Below are positions 1 through 8,176 of a stretch of DNA of 64,000 bases, in pieces. Source of the stretch: an uncultured Planctomycetia bacterium (GTDB taxonomy: Bacteria > Omnitrophota > Gorgyraeia > Pluralincolimonadales > Pluralincolimonadaceae); the NCBI GenBank assembly GCA_964650515.1, contig CAZYUB010000012.1:1944-65943 (forward strand), read 5' to 3'. Both the position numbers and the translations under genes were made by a program. Within the stretch, counting starts at the first letter, position 1, and each line of letters begins with the position of its first letter. Below the pieces are notes generated by a model. It made no database searches, was not told the origin of the DNA, and saw only the letters and a program-made list of their open reading frames with translations.

Positions 1-541
1 GCTCAGCTCGGAGCCCGGGACCAATTTCAACGGCTACAGCGTCTACCTGGATGCCGAACTATGGTCGGGCGTATTCACCGGCGGGACGGAGTCCCGCAGC
101 TACCTGAAGTTCAACCTTGCCGGCCTTCCCGCCGTTAATTCGGCGACGCTCTGGCTATATAACGGCGTGGACTACGGTCCGGGAAGCGGATGGCAGGCCG
201 CAGACGTAAGCGCGTATTCCGCTTCATCCGCATGGACGGAGGGTTCGCTTGCGTGGGGCAACCAGCCGGCACTGGACGCCTTCGGCAGTACGACGAATGT
301 CGGAAGCGCCATCGGATGGTATTCCTGGGATGTGACGTCGCTGGTGCAGCCGCAGGCCGGCTTTAATGCTTCGATTGCGCTTATTTCATCCGGCGACGCG
401 CATATCTTCTACGCCAGGGAGACCGAAACCGGTTATATGCCATACCTGGATGTCGACTGCACGGTGCCCGAGCCCGCCACGCTCGCGCTATTCGGCGCGC
501 TGTTGCCGATCGTTATGGCGCTGAACCGCAAAAAAGCATAG
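1..541 (+). CDS. Secreted protein with a C-terminal PEP-CTERM sorting signal and a DNRLRE-like fold; 5' partial
   Basis: The frame is open from position 2 with no stop before the M at 167, so the gene runs off the window start. The C-terminus is VPEPATLALFGALLPIVMALNRKKA, i.e. PEP motif, hydrophobic helix, then basic tail. Confidence 0.6.
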   Translation, partial: LSSEPGTNFNGYSVYLDAELWSGVFTGGTESRSYLKFNLAGLPAVNSATLWLYNGVDYGPGSGWQAADVSAYSASSAWTEGSLAWGNQPALDAFGSTTNVGSAIGWYSWDVTSLVQPQAGFNASIALISSGDAHIFYARETETGYMPYLDVDCTVPEPATLALFGALLPIVMALNRKKA

Positions 542-593
542 CCCATCCCGCGCTGTTCGTGTTATAATCTCAACAGATAATACGGAGGCCATA

Positions 594-758
594 ATGTTCA
601 ATATCGGTCCGGCGGAATGGGCTGTACTTATCGTCGTCCTGCTGCTCGTATTCGGCGCCTCGCGCCTTCCGGAGATAGCCAAATCGATCGGTAAAGCTAT
701 CCAGGAATTCAAGAAGGGCATGAAAGACGACGACTCCCAGCAGTCCAAAAAAGAGTAA
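594..758 (+). CDS. tatA: Twin-arginine translocase subunit TatA/E (54 aa; not in the ORF track)
   Basis: Translation is MFNIGPAEWAVLIVVLLLVFGASRLPEIAKSIGKAIQEFKKGMKDDDSQQSKKE. This is the canonical TatA N-terminal TM helix plus amphipathic helix. It sits directly upstream of tatC. Confidence 0.85.
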   Translation: MFNIGPAEWAVLIVVLLLVFGASRLPEIAKSIGKAIQEFKKGMKDDDSQQSKKE

Positions 759-772
759 TCCTCCTTCATAAT

Positions 773-1486
773 ATGGAACGTAAAGACCTTACCTTTGCTG
801 GGCATCTCGATGAGCTCCGGCGCAGGATCATCGTATCATTGGCCGCGGTCGCGGTATGCTCCTGCCTCGCGTTCTGGAAGATACAGGACATCCTCGCGTT
901 CCTGATGATACCTCCCGTGGACCACCTCGTATTCTTCTCGCCGGTAGAGGCGTTCATGGAATACTGCAAGCTCGCGTTCTTCACGGGCATTATAGTCGCT
1001 TCGCCCGTCGTGCTCTTCCAGCTCTGGTCGTTCGTGTCGCCGGGGCTGACCGGCAGGGAGAGGGGGGTTTTCCTGGCGGCGATGCCGTTCTCGGCCACAC
1101 TCTTCATCGGCGGCGCGGCATTCGCGTTCTTCGCGGTATTGCCGTGGGCGCTGAAATTCCTGATAAACTTCCCGGGGCCGGAAGTCATTCCGGTCATATC
1201 GATATCGAAATACCTTTCGTTCGTGATAATGCTGCTGCTCGCCTTCGGGATCGTCTTCGAGCTGCCGGTGGCGGTATTCCTGCTCTCGAAGCTCGGGATA
1301 ATATCCCCGCAGTTTTTGAGCAAAAACAGGAAATATGCTATACTGGCCATATTCGTGCTGGCGGCGGTGCTGACGCCGACGCCGGACGCGTTCACGCAGG
1401 TCATGATGGCGGTGCCGCTCATCATATTGTACGAGATATCCATCTGGATTTGCAGGTTCACATATAAAAAGGAGCATGTAAAATGA
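773..1486 (+). CDS. tatC: Twin-arginine translocase subunit TatC
   Basis: 237 aa, polytopic, with an N-terminal HLDELRRRII motif typical of TatC; located after tatA. Confidence 0.88.
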   Translation: MERKDLTFAGHLDELRRRIIVSLAAVAVCSCLAFWKIQDILAFLMIPPVDHLVFFSPVEAFMEYCKLAFFTGIIVASPVVLFQLWSFVSPGLTGRERGVFLAAMPFSATLFIGGAAFAFFAVLPWALKFLINFPGPEVIPVISISKYLSFVIMLLLAFGIVFELPVAVFLLSKLGIISPQFLSKNRKYAILAIFVLAAVLTPTPDAFTQVMMAVPLIILYEISIWICRFTYKKEHVK

Positions 1487-1938
1487 CGCTTGTAGAGAGG
1501 ATAGACGCCGACCTGAAGGAAGGCATGAAGGCGAAGGCCGAACTGAAGGTCTCAACGCTGAGGATGCTGCGCGCCGCGATGAAGAACCTCGAGATAGAGA
1601 AGAAGGCCGAGAAGCTCGAGGAGAGCGATGTGATCTCGATAATCGCGAAGCAGATCAAACAGCACAAGGATTCGATCGAGGGTTTCACGCAGGGCAACAG
1701 GCCCGACCTCGCGGACAAAGAGAAGGCCGAGCTCGCGATACTCGAGTCATACATGCCGAAGATGCTCTCGGCGGAGGAGCTTATCGTCATCGTGAAGGCC
1801 GCGATACAGAAGACCGAGGCGAAAGGCCGCGCGGACATGGGCAAGGTCATGAAGGCCGCCAAGGAGGAAGCCAAGGGCGCAGCGGATGGAAAAATGCTCA
1901 GCACGATGGTCTCCGAAGAGCTCGCGAAATTAGGTTAG
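1483..1938 (+). CDS. GatB/YqeY domain protein
   Basis: 151 aa, Lys/Glu/Ala-rich helical protein; its ATG overlaps the tatC stop (ATGA). Confidence 0.7.
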   Translation: MTLVERIDADLKEGMKAKAELKVSTLRMLRAAMKNLEIEKKAEKLEESDVISIIAKQIKQHKDSIEGFTQGNRPDLADKEKAELAILESYMPKMLSAEELIVIVKAAIQKTEAKGRADMGKVMKAAKEEAKGAADGKMLSTMVSEELAKLG

Positions 1939-1950
1939 GAGGGCCGCCTT

Positions 1951-2436
1951 ATGGAAACTAAGGTAGTCAGGATAGAAAAGCCGGAAGAGTATAATATAAT
2001 CATCGGCCAGTCGCATTTCATCAAGACCGTGGAGGATATCCACGAGGCGATGGTCGGCGCCGTGCCCGGCGTGAAGTTCGGCATGGCGTTCTGCGAATCC
2101 TCGGGCGCGTGCCTTGTCAGGTCAACCGGCACCGATGAGGGCCTCAAGAAGCTCGCGGAGAAGAACGCGCTCGCGGTCGGCGCGGGCCACAGCTTTATAA
2201 TAATAATGAAGGACTCGTATCCTATAAACGTGCTCAACGCGATAAAGAACGTGAAAGAGGTCTGCCGGATCTTCTGTGCCACCGCCAATCCCGTGGAAGT
2301 CGTGGTCGCCGAGACGGAGCAGGGCAGGGGGATACTCGGCGTCATTGACGGCTCGAAACCGAAGGGGATCGAGGACGAAGCCGGAGTTAAATGGCGCAAG
2401 GACCTGCTGAGAAAAATAGGTTATAAAATTTCTTGA
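1951..2436 (+). CDS. Small conserved protein resembling the 'adenosine-specific kinase' family (PF04008)
   Basis: 161 aa. GGAGGG ribosome-binding site 8 nt upstream. Conserved-looking IIGQSHFIKTVEDIHEA and GVKFGMAFCESSG blocks. Confidence 0.5.
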   Translation: METKVVRIEKPEEYNIIIGQSHFIKTVEDIHEAMVGAVPGVKFGMAFCESSGACLVRSTGTDEGLKKLAEKNALAVGAGHSFIIIMKDSYPINVLNAIKNVKEVCRIFCATANPVEVVVAETEQGRGILGVIDGSKPKGIEDEAGVKWRKDLLRKIGYKIS

Positions 2437-2460
2437 CAACGTCCTTTTCAGTGCTATAAT
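2433..2460 (+). promoter_or_regulatory. Sigma70-like promoter (TTGACA-N16-TATAAT) for the small membrane protein gene
   Basis: Perfect consensus hexamers at 2433-2438 and 2455-2460, overlapping the 3' end of the preceding gene. Confidence 0.45.
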
Positions 2461-2498
2461 TACTATGGTTCTTTTGAAATGATCGTTTTAGGAGGTAG

Positions 2499-2705
2499 AT
2501 GGTGAGCAAATATCTCTCTGTGGTCGGCGGGTTGGCCGCCATCATCCTCGGAGTTGCAGGCCTCGTCAATTGGTGGGAAGAATACATTGTAGGCTTCCTG
2601 AAATCCGGACTTGTCCTGGTGCTTTTGCTCGGCGGTGTGCTCGCGTTACTCGCGGGGATCGGCGAGATAAAGGACTCCTTGGAGGAAAAGAAAGAGAAGA
2701 AGTAA
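2499..2705 (+). CDS. Small two-TM membrane protein with a Glu/Lys tail (hypothetical)
   Basis: 68 aa. GGAGG ribosome-binding site; start is ATG 2499 or GTG 2502. Confidence 0.45.
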   Translation: MVSKYLSVVGGLAAIILGVAGLVNWWEEYIVGFLKSGLVLVLLLGGVLALLAGIGEIKDSLEEKKEKK

Positions 2706-2891
2706 TAAATCTCCCCGGACCTCCTTCATTGCCTTCGACTAGTATGTCGACGGTCGGACGGTTTCAAGCTGTCCGGTTTGGTGAAGTTTTGTCGGCTCAC
2801 CTCAGAGGTAATGAAGGAGGCCTTTTTTATGGGCCCGCTTCGGGAAGCTGTGCCCATATGGATGTCCCCGCAGGGACATCCGTCCACTAAT

Positions 2892-3311
2892 ATGAATAAA
2901 TCACAATATTCGGCAGGCGGCGTAGTATATAGGAAATCCGGAAACGGGTTAGAGATAGTTATATTGACTCGAGGCGGAGGTGAGGTATTCTGCCTTCCTA
3001 AAGGCAAGATAGAGAAGGGCGAGACCCCTGAGCAGGCGGCACTGCGCGAGATCAGGGAAGAGACGGGCCTGACGGGAGACATAGAAAAAGAGATAGGGAA
3101 GATAAAATATTCCTTCACGCTTGAAGGCGATAAGACGGTAGTGAAAAAGACGGTCACATTCTTCCTCGTTAAATATGTTTCAGGCGACACGAAAGACCAC
3201 GATATCGACGCGGAAGACGTCCGCTGGCTTCCCGTAAAAGAAGCGCTTAAGATAATGTCGTATCCCTCCGAGCGGCAGATAGTAGAAAAGGCAAATGAAG
3301 ATAGATTATAA
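2892..3311 (+). CDS. NUDIX hydrolase
   Basis: Nudix box GX5EX7REUXEEXGU is present: GKIEKGETPEQAALREIREETGL. The ATG at 2892 follows a 9-bp hairpin. The track's upstream start at 2778 looks spurious. Confidence 0.8.
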   Translation: MNKSQYSAGGVVYRKSGNGLEIVILTRGGGEVFCLPKGKIEKGETPEQAALREIREETGLTGDIEKEIGKIKYSFTLEGDKTVVKKTVTFFLVKYVSGDTKDHDIDAEDVRWLPVKEALKIMSYPSERQIVEKANEDRL

Positions 3312-5274
3312 GAAGGAATTAAATCCCGCCCAGTTGAAGGCCGTAGAATCCACCGAAGGGGCGTACCTTGTCATCGCTGGAGCCGGAAGCGGGAAGACGC
3401 GCACGCTCGTATACCGCGTCGCGTACCTCGTGGAGAAGGGTGTCAAGCCCGACCATATACTCCTGCTGACGTTCACGCGCAAGGCCTCCGAAGAGATGCT
3501 GCGCCGCGCCGCGAAACTGCTCGATGACCGCTGCGAGCGCGTGGCAGGCGGAACGTTCCATTCGTTCGCGAACACGGTCCTGCGGAAATACGCGAAACTC
3601 ATCGATTTCCCGAATAACTTCACGATAACCGACGAGTCCGACGCGGAAGACGCGGTCAATATAGTCCGCGAGAAGCTCGGTCTCGACCACATGGAAAAGA
3701 GGTTCCCTCGCAAGGGGGCGCTGCTCGATGTTATCTCGAAATCGGTCAACAAGTCCGAGGATATCGGCTCGGTCCTGGCGCTCGAGTACCCGCAGTTCAC
3801 CGAGTGGGAAGACGAGATAAAGAGGATAAAGGACGGGTATATAAAATACAAGCGCGAGAAGTCGCTGATGGACTACGACGACCTGCTCGTCTTCCTGAAA
3901 AAACTCCTGCATGACCATAAGGAAGTCCGCGAGAGGTTATCAGAGCAGTATAAATATATCATGGTGGACGAATACCAGGACACGAACAAGCTGCAGGCCG
4001 ATATAGTCCGCCTGCTCGCCTCCGGGCACGGAAACGTGATGGTCGTCGGGGACGATTCGCAGAGCATATACTCGTTCCGCGGCGCGAACTTCAAGAACAT
4101 CATAGATTTCCCGAAGGTCTTCAAGGGCGCGAAGGTCATCATGCTCGAGGAGAACTACCGCTCGACGCAGCCGATACTCGACCTGACGAACGAGGTCATC
4201 AGGAACGCCGAGGAGAAGTTCGAGAAGACGCTCTTCACGAAGAAAGGCGCCGGCAAGGCGCCGGTGTTCGTCGAGGCGCGCGACGAGAACGTGCAGTCGA
4301 AATACATCGTGCAGAAGATACTCGAGCTTGTCGACGACGGCGTCGCGCTCAGGGATATAGCGGTGCTCTTCCGCGCGGGCTGGCACTCGAACGACCTCGA
4401 GATCGAACTGGCCAACCACGATGTCCCGTTCCTGAAATACGGAGGGCAGAGGTTCGTCGAGGCGGCGCATATAAAGGACGTGCTCTCTTACCTGCGGATA
4501 GCGCATAACCCGCACGACCAGGTCAGCTGGCGCAGGGCCCTTATGCTGATGCGAGGAATAGGCGAGAAGACCGCCGGCAGGATAACGGGGCAGATAATAG
4601 AAAAGAAACAGGGGTTCGATATAGACGAAGAGATACTCAGGAAACATCCCGACCTTTCGGACCTGATGGAGATACTGAAGGGAGTCAAGCCGCTGGAACA
4701 CCAGCCGGGGGCGCTGATAAAAGGGTTCCTCGAATATTACGGGCCGCTTTTGAAGGCGAAATATGACGATTACCACAAGCGAGCTCCCGACCTGAACTCG
4801 CTCGAGCGCATAGCCGGAAGGTATAAGTCGCTCGAATCGTTCCTGACCGATATGGCCCTCGAGCCGCCCGAGAAGAGCATACTCGAGGCGGGGCTCAAGG
4901 GCAAGCACGACCATGCGATGACGCTCTCGACGATACATTCGGCGAAGGGACTCGAGTGGCACACCGTCTTCCTTATATATGTCGCCGAAGGGCACATGCC
5001 GTCGTACCAGGCGATCGACGACAAGGACGCTATCGAGGAGGAGAGGCGGCTCTTCTATGTCGCGGCAACGCGCGCGAAGGAGAACCTGATATTATTAAAG
5101 CCGGCGATAGACCGCTCGGCGCGCTGGATGAAAAATTACTCCGGCGGCTATGCCGGCAGTATATTCACCGAGGTTTCGCGCTTCCTGCAGGAGGGCAGTA
5201 TCCTTGAGCGTTTTATGGAGGTCGAGAAGGCCGGCGGCGATTTTGATGATGTTGAACTGGACGATGTAATATAA
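3295..5274 (+). CDS. UvrD/PcrA/Rep-family ATP-dependent DNA helicase
   Basis: 659 aa. Walker A GAGSGKTRTL, helicase motifs DEYQDTN and VGDDSQSIYSFRGA, and a C-terminal TIHSAKGLEW...VAATRA block. Confidence 0.9.
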   Translation: MKIDYKKELNPAQLKAVESTEGAYLVIAGAGSGKTRTLVYRVAYLVEKGVKPDHILLLTFTRKASEEMLRRAAKLLDDRCERVAGGTFHSFANTVLRKYAKLIDFPNNFTITDESDAEDAVNIVREKLGLDHMEKRFPRKGALLDVISKSVNKSEDIGSVLALEYPQFTEWEDEIKRIKDGYIKYKREKSLMDYDDLLVFLKKLLHDHKEVRERLSEQYKYIMVDEYQDTNKLQADIVRLLASGHGNVMVVGDDSQSIYSFRGANFKNIIDFPKVFKGAKVIMLEENYRSTQPILDLTNEVIRNAEEKFEKTLFTKKGAGKAPVFVEARDENVQSKYIVQKILELVDDGVALRDIAVLFRAGWHSNDLEIELANHDVPFLKYGGQRFVEAAHIKDVLSYLRIAHNPHDQVSWRRALMLMRGIGEKTAGRITGQIIEKKQGFDIDEEILRKHPDLSDLMEILKGVKPLEHQPGALIKGFLEYYGPLLKAKYDDYHKRAPDLNSLERIAGRYKSLESFLTDMALEPPEKSILEAGLKGKHDHAMTLSTIHSAKGLEWHTVFLIYVAEGHMPSYQAIDDKDAIEEERRLFYVAATRAKENLILLKPAIDRSARWMKNYSGGYAGSIFTEVSRFLQEGSILERFMEVEKAGGDFDDVELDDVI

Positions 5275-5300
5275 TATAATTATCTATGACAGGAGGAAAA

Positions 5301-6050
5301 ATGTATAAGATAGTATTGTTGCGCCACGGAGAGAGTACCTGGAACAAGGAGAACCGTTTTACCGGATGGACCGACGTGGACCTTTCCGAGAAGGGCCTTT
5401 CCGAGGCGAAGAAGGCCGGCGAGGTGCTCAAGAAAGAAGGATTTGTTTTTGACGTCGCGTTCACGTCCGTGCTCAAGAGGGCTATACGCACGCTCTGGAT
5501 GACGCTCGACGGGATGGACCTCATGTGGATACCCGTTTACAATTCATGGCGCCTGAACGAGAGGCACTACGGCGCCCTGCAGGGCCTGAACAAGGCCGAG
5601 ACGGCAGCGAAATACGGCGACGAGCAGGTGCTGATATGGCGCCGCAGCTATGACACCCCGCCGCAGGCGCTTGATAAGGACGACCCGCGCAGCCCGGCGA
5701 AAGACCCGCGCTACAAAGGCCTCAAGCCCAACGAGATCCCGCTGACAGAATGCCTCAAGGACACCGTCGCGCGTTTCCTGCCGTACTGGCACGAGACGAT
5801 AGCGCCGGTAGTGAAGTCGGGCAAGCGCGTAATAATCGCCGCGCACGGGAATTCGCTCCGCGCGCTCGTGAAATACCTCGATAACGTTTCCGACCAGGAT
5901 ATAGTCGGCCTGAACATACCGACCGGCATGCCACTCGTCTATGAGCTCGACGACAACCTCAAGCCCATAAAGCATTATTATCTCGGCGACCCGGAAGAGG
6001 TAAAGAAGGCGATGGAAGCCGTCGCAAACCAGGGTAAGGCCAAAAAATAG
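5301..6050 (+). CDS. gpmA: 2,3-bisphosphoglycerate-dependent phosphoglycerate mutase
   Basis: [10 protein letters not shown] catalytic His motif. AGGAGG ribosome-binding site. The track's alternative start at 5286 is less likely. Confidence 0.88.
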   Translation: MYKIVLLRHGESTWNKENRFTGWTDVDLSEKGLSEAKKAGEVLKKEGFVFDVAFTSVLKRAIRTLWMTLDGMDLMWIPVYNSWRLNERHYGALQGLNKAETAAKYGDEQVLIWRRSYDTPPQALDKDDPRSPAKDPRYKGLKPNEIPLTECLKDTVARFLPYWHETIAPVVKSGKRVIIAAHGNSLRALVKYLDNVSDQDIVGLNIPTGMPLVYELDDNLKPIKHYYLGDPEEVKKAMEAVANQGKAKK

Positions 6051-6060
6051 AAGGGCCGCG

Positions 6061-6489
6061 ATGCCCTACGAGTTCCTCGAACATGAAGCCGATATAGGCA
6101 TCCGCGCCTGGGACAAGACGCTTGAAAAGGCGTTCGCCCAGGGCGGGAAGGCGCTCTTCGATATCATGGTCGACATAAAGAAGGTCAAGAAAACCTCTTC
6201 GGTCGATATCTCCTGCGAGGCCCGCGATATTCCCGCGCTCTTCGTCGAATGGCTTAACAAATTGCTCACCGAATCCGATATCAGGAAGATGGCCTTTAAG
6301 GATTTCAAAATAAGGTCCATAGAGCCCTTCGGCTACGACCTGTACCGCCTTAAGGGTATAGCGTCGGGAGAGAAGCTCGACCCTAAAAGGCATATGGTAA
6401 AGACCGAAGCCAAGGCCGCCACGTATTTCGGGTTGAAATACGAGTTCAAGGACGGCAACCATTACCTGCAGTGTGTCGTGGACGTATGA
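6061..6489 (+). CDS. Archease (RtcB activator)
   Basis: 142 aa; N-terminal EHEADIGIRAW and C-terminal YLQCVVDV resemble archease. Its stop overlaps the rtcB ATG (ATGA). Confidence 0.75.
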   Translation: MPYEFLEHEADIGIRAWDKTLEKAFAQGGKALFDIMVDIKKVKKTSSVDISCEARDIPALFVEWLNKLLTESDIRKMAFKDFKIRSIEPFGYDLYRLKGIASGEKLDPKRHMVKTEAKAATYFGLKYEFKDGNHYLQCVVDV

Positions 6490-7940
6490 ACATCGAACTC
6501 AGGCAAGTCAGCGAATTCATCTGGGAGATACCGAGGTCAAGCGAGATGCTCGTGCCGGGGAGGATCTACGCCGATAAGGACCTGATAAAACATCTCGTCG
6601 ACGACGTGAACCGCGGCAAGGAATGGAACGCGTTCGTGCAGATACGCAACGTCGCGTGCCTGCCCGGCATACAGAAAGCGTCGCTTGCCATGGCGGATAT
6701 CCATCCTGGATACGGTTTCGCGATCGGGGCTGTCGGCGCGTTCGATATTGAGACCGGTGTCATATCGGTCGCTGGAGTCGGATTCGACTGTAATTGCGGA
6801 GTCAGGACCCTGAAGACCCAGCTTACCCGCGATGATATTAAAGGGAAGGAAGAAGGCCTCGCGAACGAATTATTCCGCACCGTCCCCGCAGGCATCGGCT
6901 CCGAAGGCAAGATAAAGTCGTCCCTTGCGCAGATAGACGAGATACTCGTAAAGGGGGCGAGATATGCCGTCGAGCACGGTTACGGCCGGCAGGAAGACCT
7001 CACTTTCATCGAAGAGGAGGGCTGCGTCAAAGGCGCCGACCCTAAGACGGTCAGCCGTGAGGCGAAAGAGCGCGGGTTCAACCAGGTCGGCACGCTCGGC
7101 TCAGGCAACCATTATCTTGAAGTCCAATGTGTCGAGGAGATATTCGACGAGAAAGCCGCACAGGCATTCGGGCTCTTCAAGGGCCAGTTGCTCGTATCGA
7201 TACATTGCGGCAGTCGCGCGCTCGGCCACCAGATCGGCACGGATTACCTGAAGACGCTCGAATCCGCCTCAAGGAAATACAATATACCGATACGGGAGCG
7301 CGAGCTCGTATGCGCGCCGTTCAAGAGCGAGGAGGGCCAGCGGTATTTCAGGGCGATAAATTGCGGCATCAATGCGGCGTTCGCGAACAGGCAGGCCATT
7401 GCGCACCTGGCGAGGAAGGCGTTCCGTTCGGCGCTCGGCGTAGACGAGAAAACGATCGGTACTTTTTACGATATCGGCCATAATACCGCCAAATTGGAAA
7501 AGCATAAAGTGGACGGCAAAGAAAAAGCTCTCATCGTGCACAGGAAAGGCGCGACCCGCGCGTTCGGCCCGGGGAGACCGGAAGTCCCGTCCGCCTACAG
7601 GAGCGTAGGACAGCCGGTTTTGGTTGGAGGGACGATGGGCACATGTTCTTATATACTGCACGGGACCGAAAAGGGTATGGATGAAGTGTTCGGGACATCG
7701 GTCCATGGCGCGGGGCGCGTATCATCGCGCGAGGCGGCGAAGAAGAGGTGGCGCGGAAAAGATTTAGTTGACCAATTAAAAGTCCGTGGTATAATCATCA
7801 GAGGGCACAGCTTGTCAGGCGTCGCGGAAGAGGCCCCGGGCGCATACAAAGATGTGACGCAGGTAGTCGATGTAGTCCACAATGCCGGTATAGCGAAGAA
7901 AGTCGCGATGTCGGTTCCCTTGATCTCGGTCAAGGGGTAA
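6486..7940 (+). CDS. rtcB: RNA-splicing ligase RtcB (3'-phosphate/5'-OH RNA ligase)
   Basis: About 485 aa with metal-binding blocks DCNCGVRTL, GSGNHYLEVQ and HGAGR; translationally coupled to the archease gene. Confidence 0.9.
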   Translation: MNIELRQVSEFIWEIPRSSEMLVPGRIYADKDLIKHLVDDVNRGKEWNAFVQIRNVACLPGIQKASLAMADIHPGYGFAIGAVGAFDIETGVISVAGVGFDCNCGVRTLKTQLTRDDIKGKEEGLANELFRTVPAGIGSEGKIKSSLAQIDEILVKGARYAVEHGYGRQEDLTFIEEEGCVKGADPKTVSREAKERGFNQVGTLGSGNHYLEVQCVEEIFDEKAAQAFGLFKGQLLVSIHCGSRALGHQIGTDYLKTLESASRKYNIPIRERELVCAPFKSEEGQRYFRAINCGINAAFANRQAIAHLARKAFRSALGVDEKTIGTFYDIGHNTAKLEKHKVDGKEKALIVHRKGATRAFGPGRPEVPSAYRSVGQPVLVGGTMGTCSYILHGTEKGMDEVFGTSVHGAGRVSSREAAKKRWRGKDLVDQLKVRGIIIRGHSLSGVAEEAPGAYKDVTQVVDVVHNAGIAKKVAMSVPLISVKG

Positions 7941-7955
7941 AAAAAGGAGTCGGAG

Positions 7956-8015
7956 ATGTCGTGCGGATGCTGCGGAACAAAGAAGAAGGCCAAGAAGAAA
8001 TCAAAGAAGAAGTAA
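7956..8015 (+). CDS. Candidate 19-aa Cys/Lys-rich small peptide (MSCGCCGTKKKAKKKSKKK)
   Basis: AAGGAG ribosome-binding site 7 nt upstream of the ATG. Followed by a stem-loop at 8042-8087. Not in the track. Confidence 0.3.
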   Translation: MSCGCCGTKKKAKKKSKKK

Positions 8016-8041
8016 CCTTCCCGGGAAGGGTCTAGAAAAGC

Positions 8042-8087
8042 AAAAACCCCATATACCAGTTGTATACCCACAAAATACGGGGTTTTT
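8042..8087 (+). terminator. Stem-loop with 9-bp stem AAAAACCCC/GGGGTTTTT and a large 28-nt loop, T-rich 3' side; possible terminator or structured RNA element
   Basis: Perfect complementarity between 8042-8050 and 8079-8087. The loop is unusually large for an intrinsic terminator. Confidence 0.35.
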
Positions 8088-8121
8088 GTCGACGGGGAAC
8101 ACTACATATAGTATTTTTTGC

Positions 8122-8150
8122 TTGACAAGCTACTAGGGCTTGACTATACT
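8122..8150 (+). promoter_or_regulatory. Sigma70-like promoter (TTGACA-N17-TATACT) upstream of nrdJ
   Basis: Hexamers at 8122-8127 and 8145-8150, 26 nt upstream of the nrdJ ATG. Confidence 0.45.
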
Positions 8151-8176
8151 TTGGGTTGGGAAAGGGGGATTCAGAC

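Noticed and set aside
836-1555. 239-aa minus ORF and 766..1461 minus ORF overlapping tatC
   Set aside because: Antisense to a well-supported TatC gene; the products are Arg/His-rich nonsense.
2778-2891. Long N-terminal extension of the NUDIX gene and the 2570..2890 ORF
   Set aside because: The extension runs through the hairpin-rich leader and has no Nudix homology; ATG 2892 gives a canonical-length Nudix protein.
3940-4995. 351-aa minus-strand ORF inside the helicase gene
   Set aside because: Antisense to a UvrD-family helicase with all motifs intact; R/L/E-rich composition.
8156-8176. Track start of nrdJ at 8156 (TTG) and the overlapping 8140..8352 ORF
   Set aside because: ATG 8177 has an AAAGGGGG ribosome-binding site at ideal spacing; the 70-aa overlapping ORF is out of frame with the RNR.
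8016-8176. Cobalamin riboswitch upstream of B12-dependent nrdJ
   Set aside because: The leader is only ~160 nt and I see no B12-box-like conserved core; a covariance-model search would be needed to exclude it definitively.
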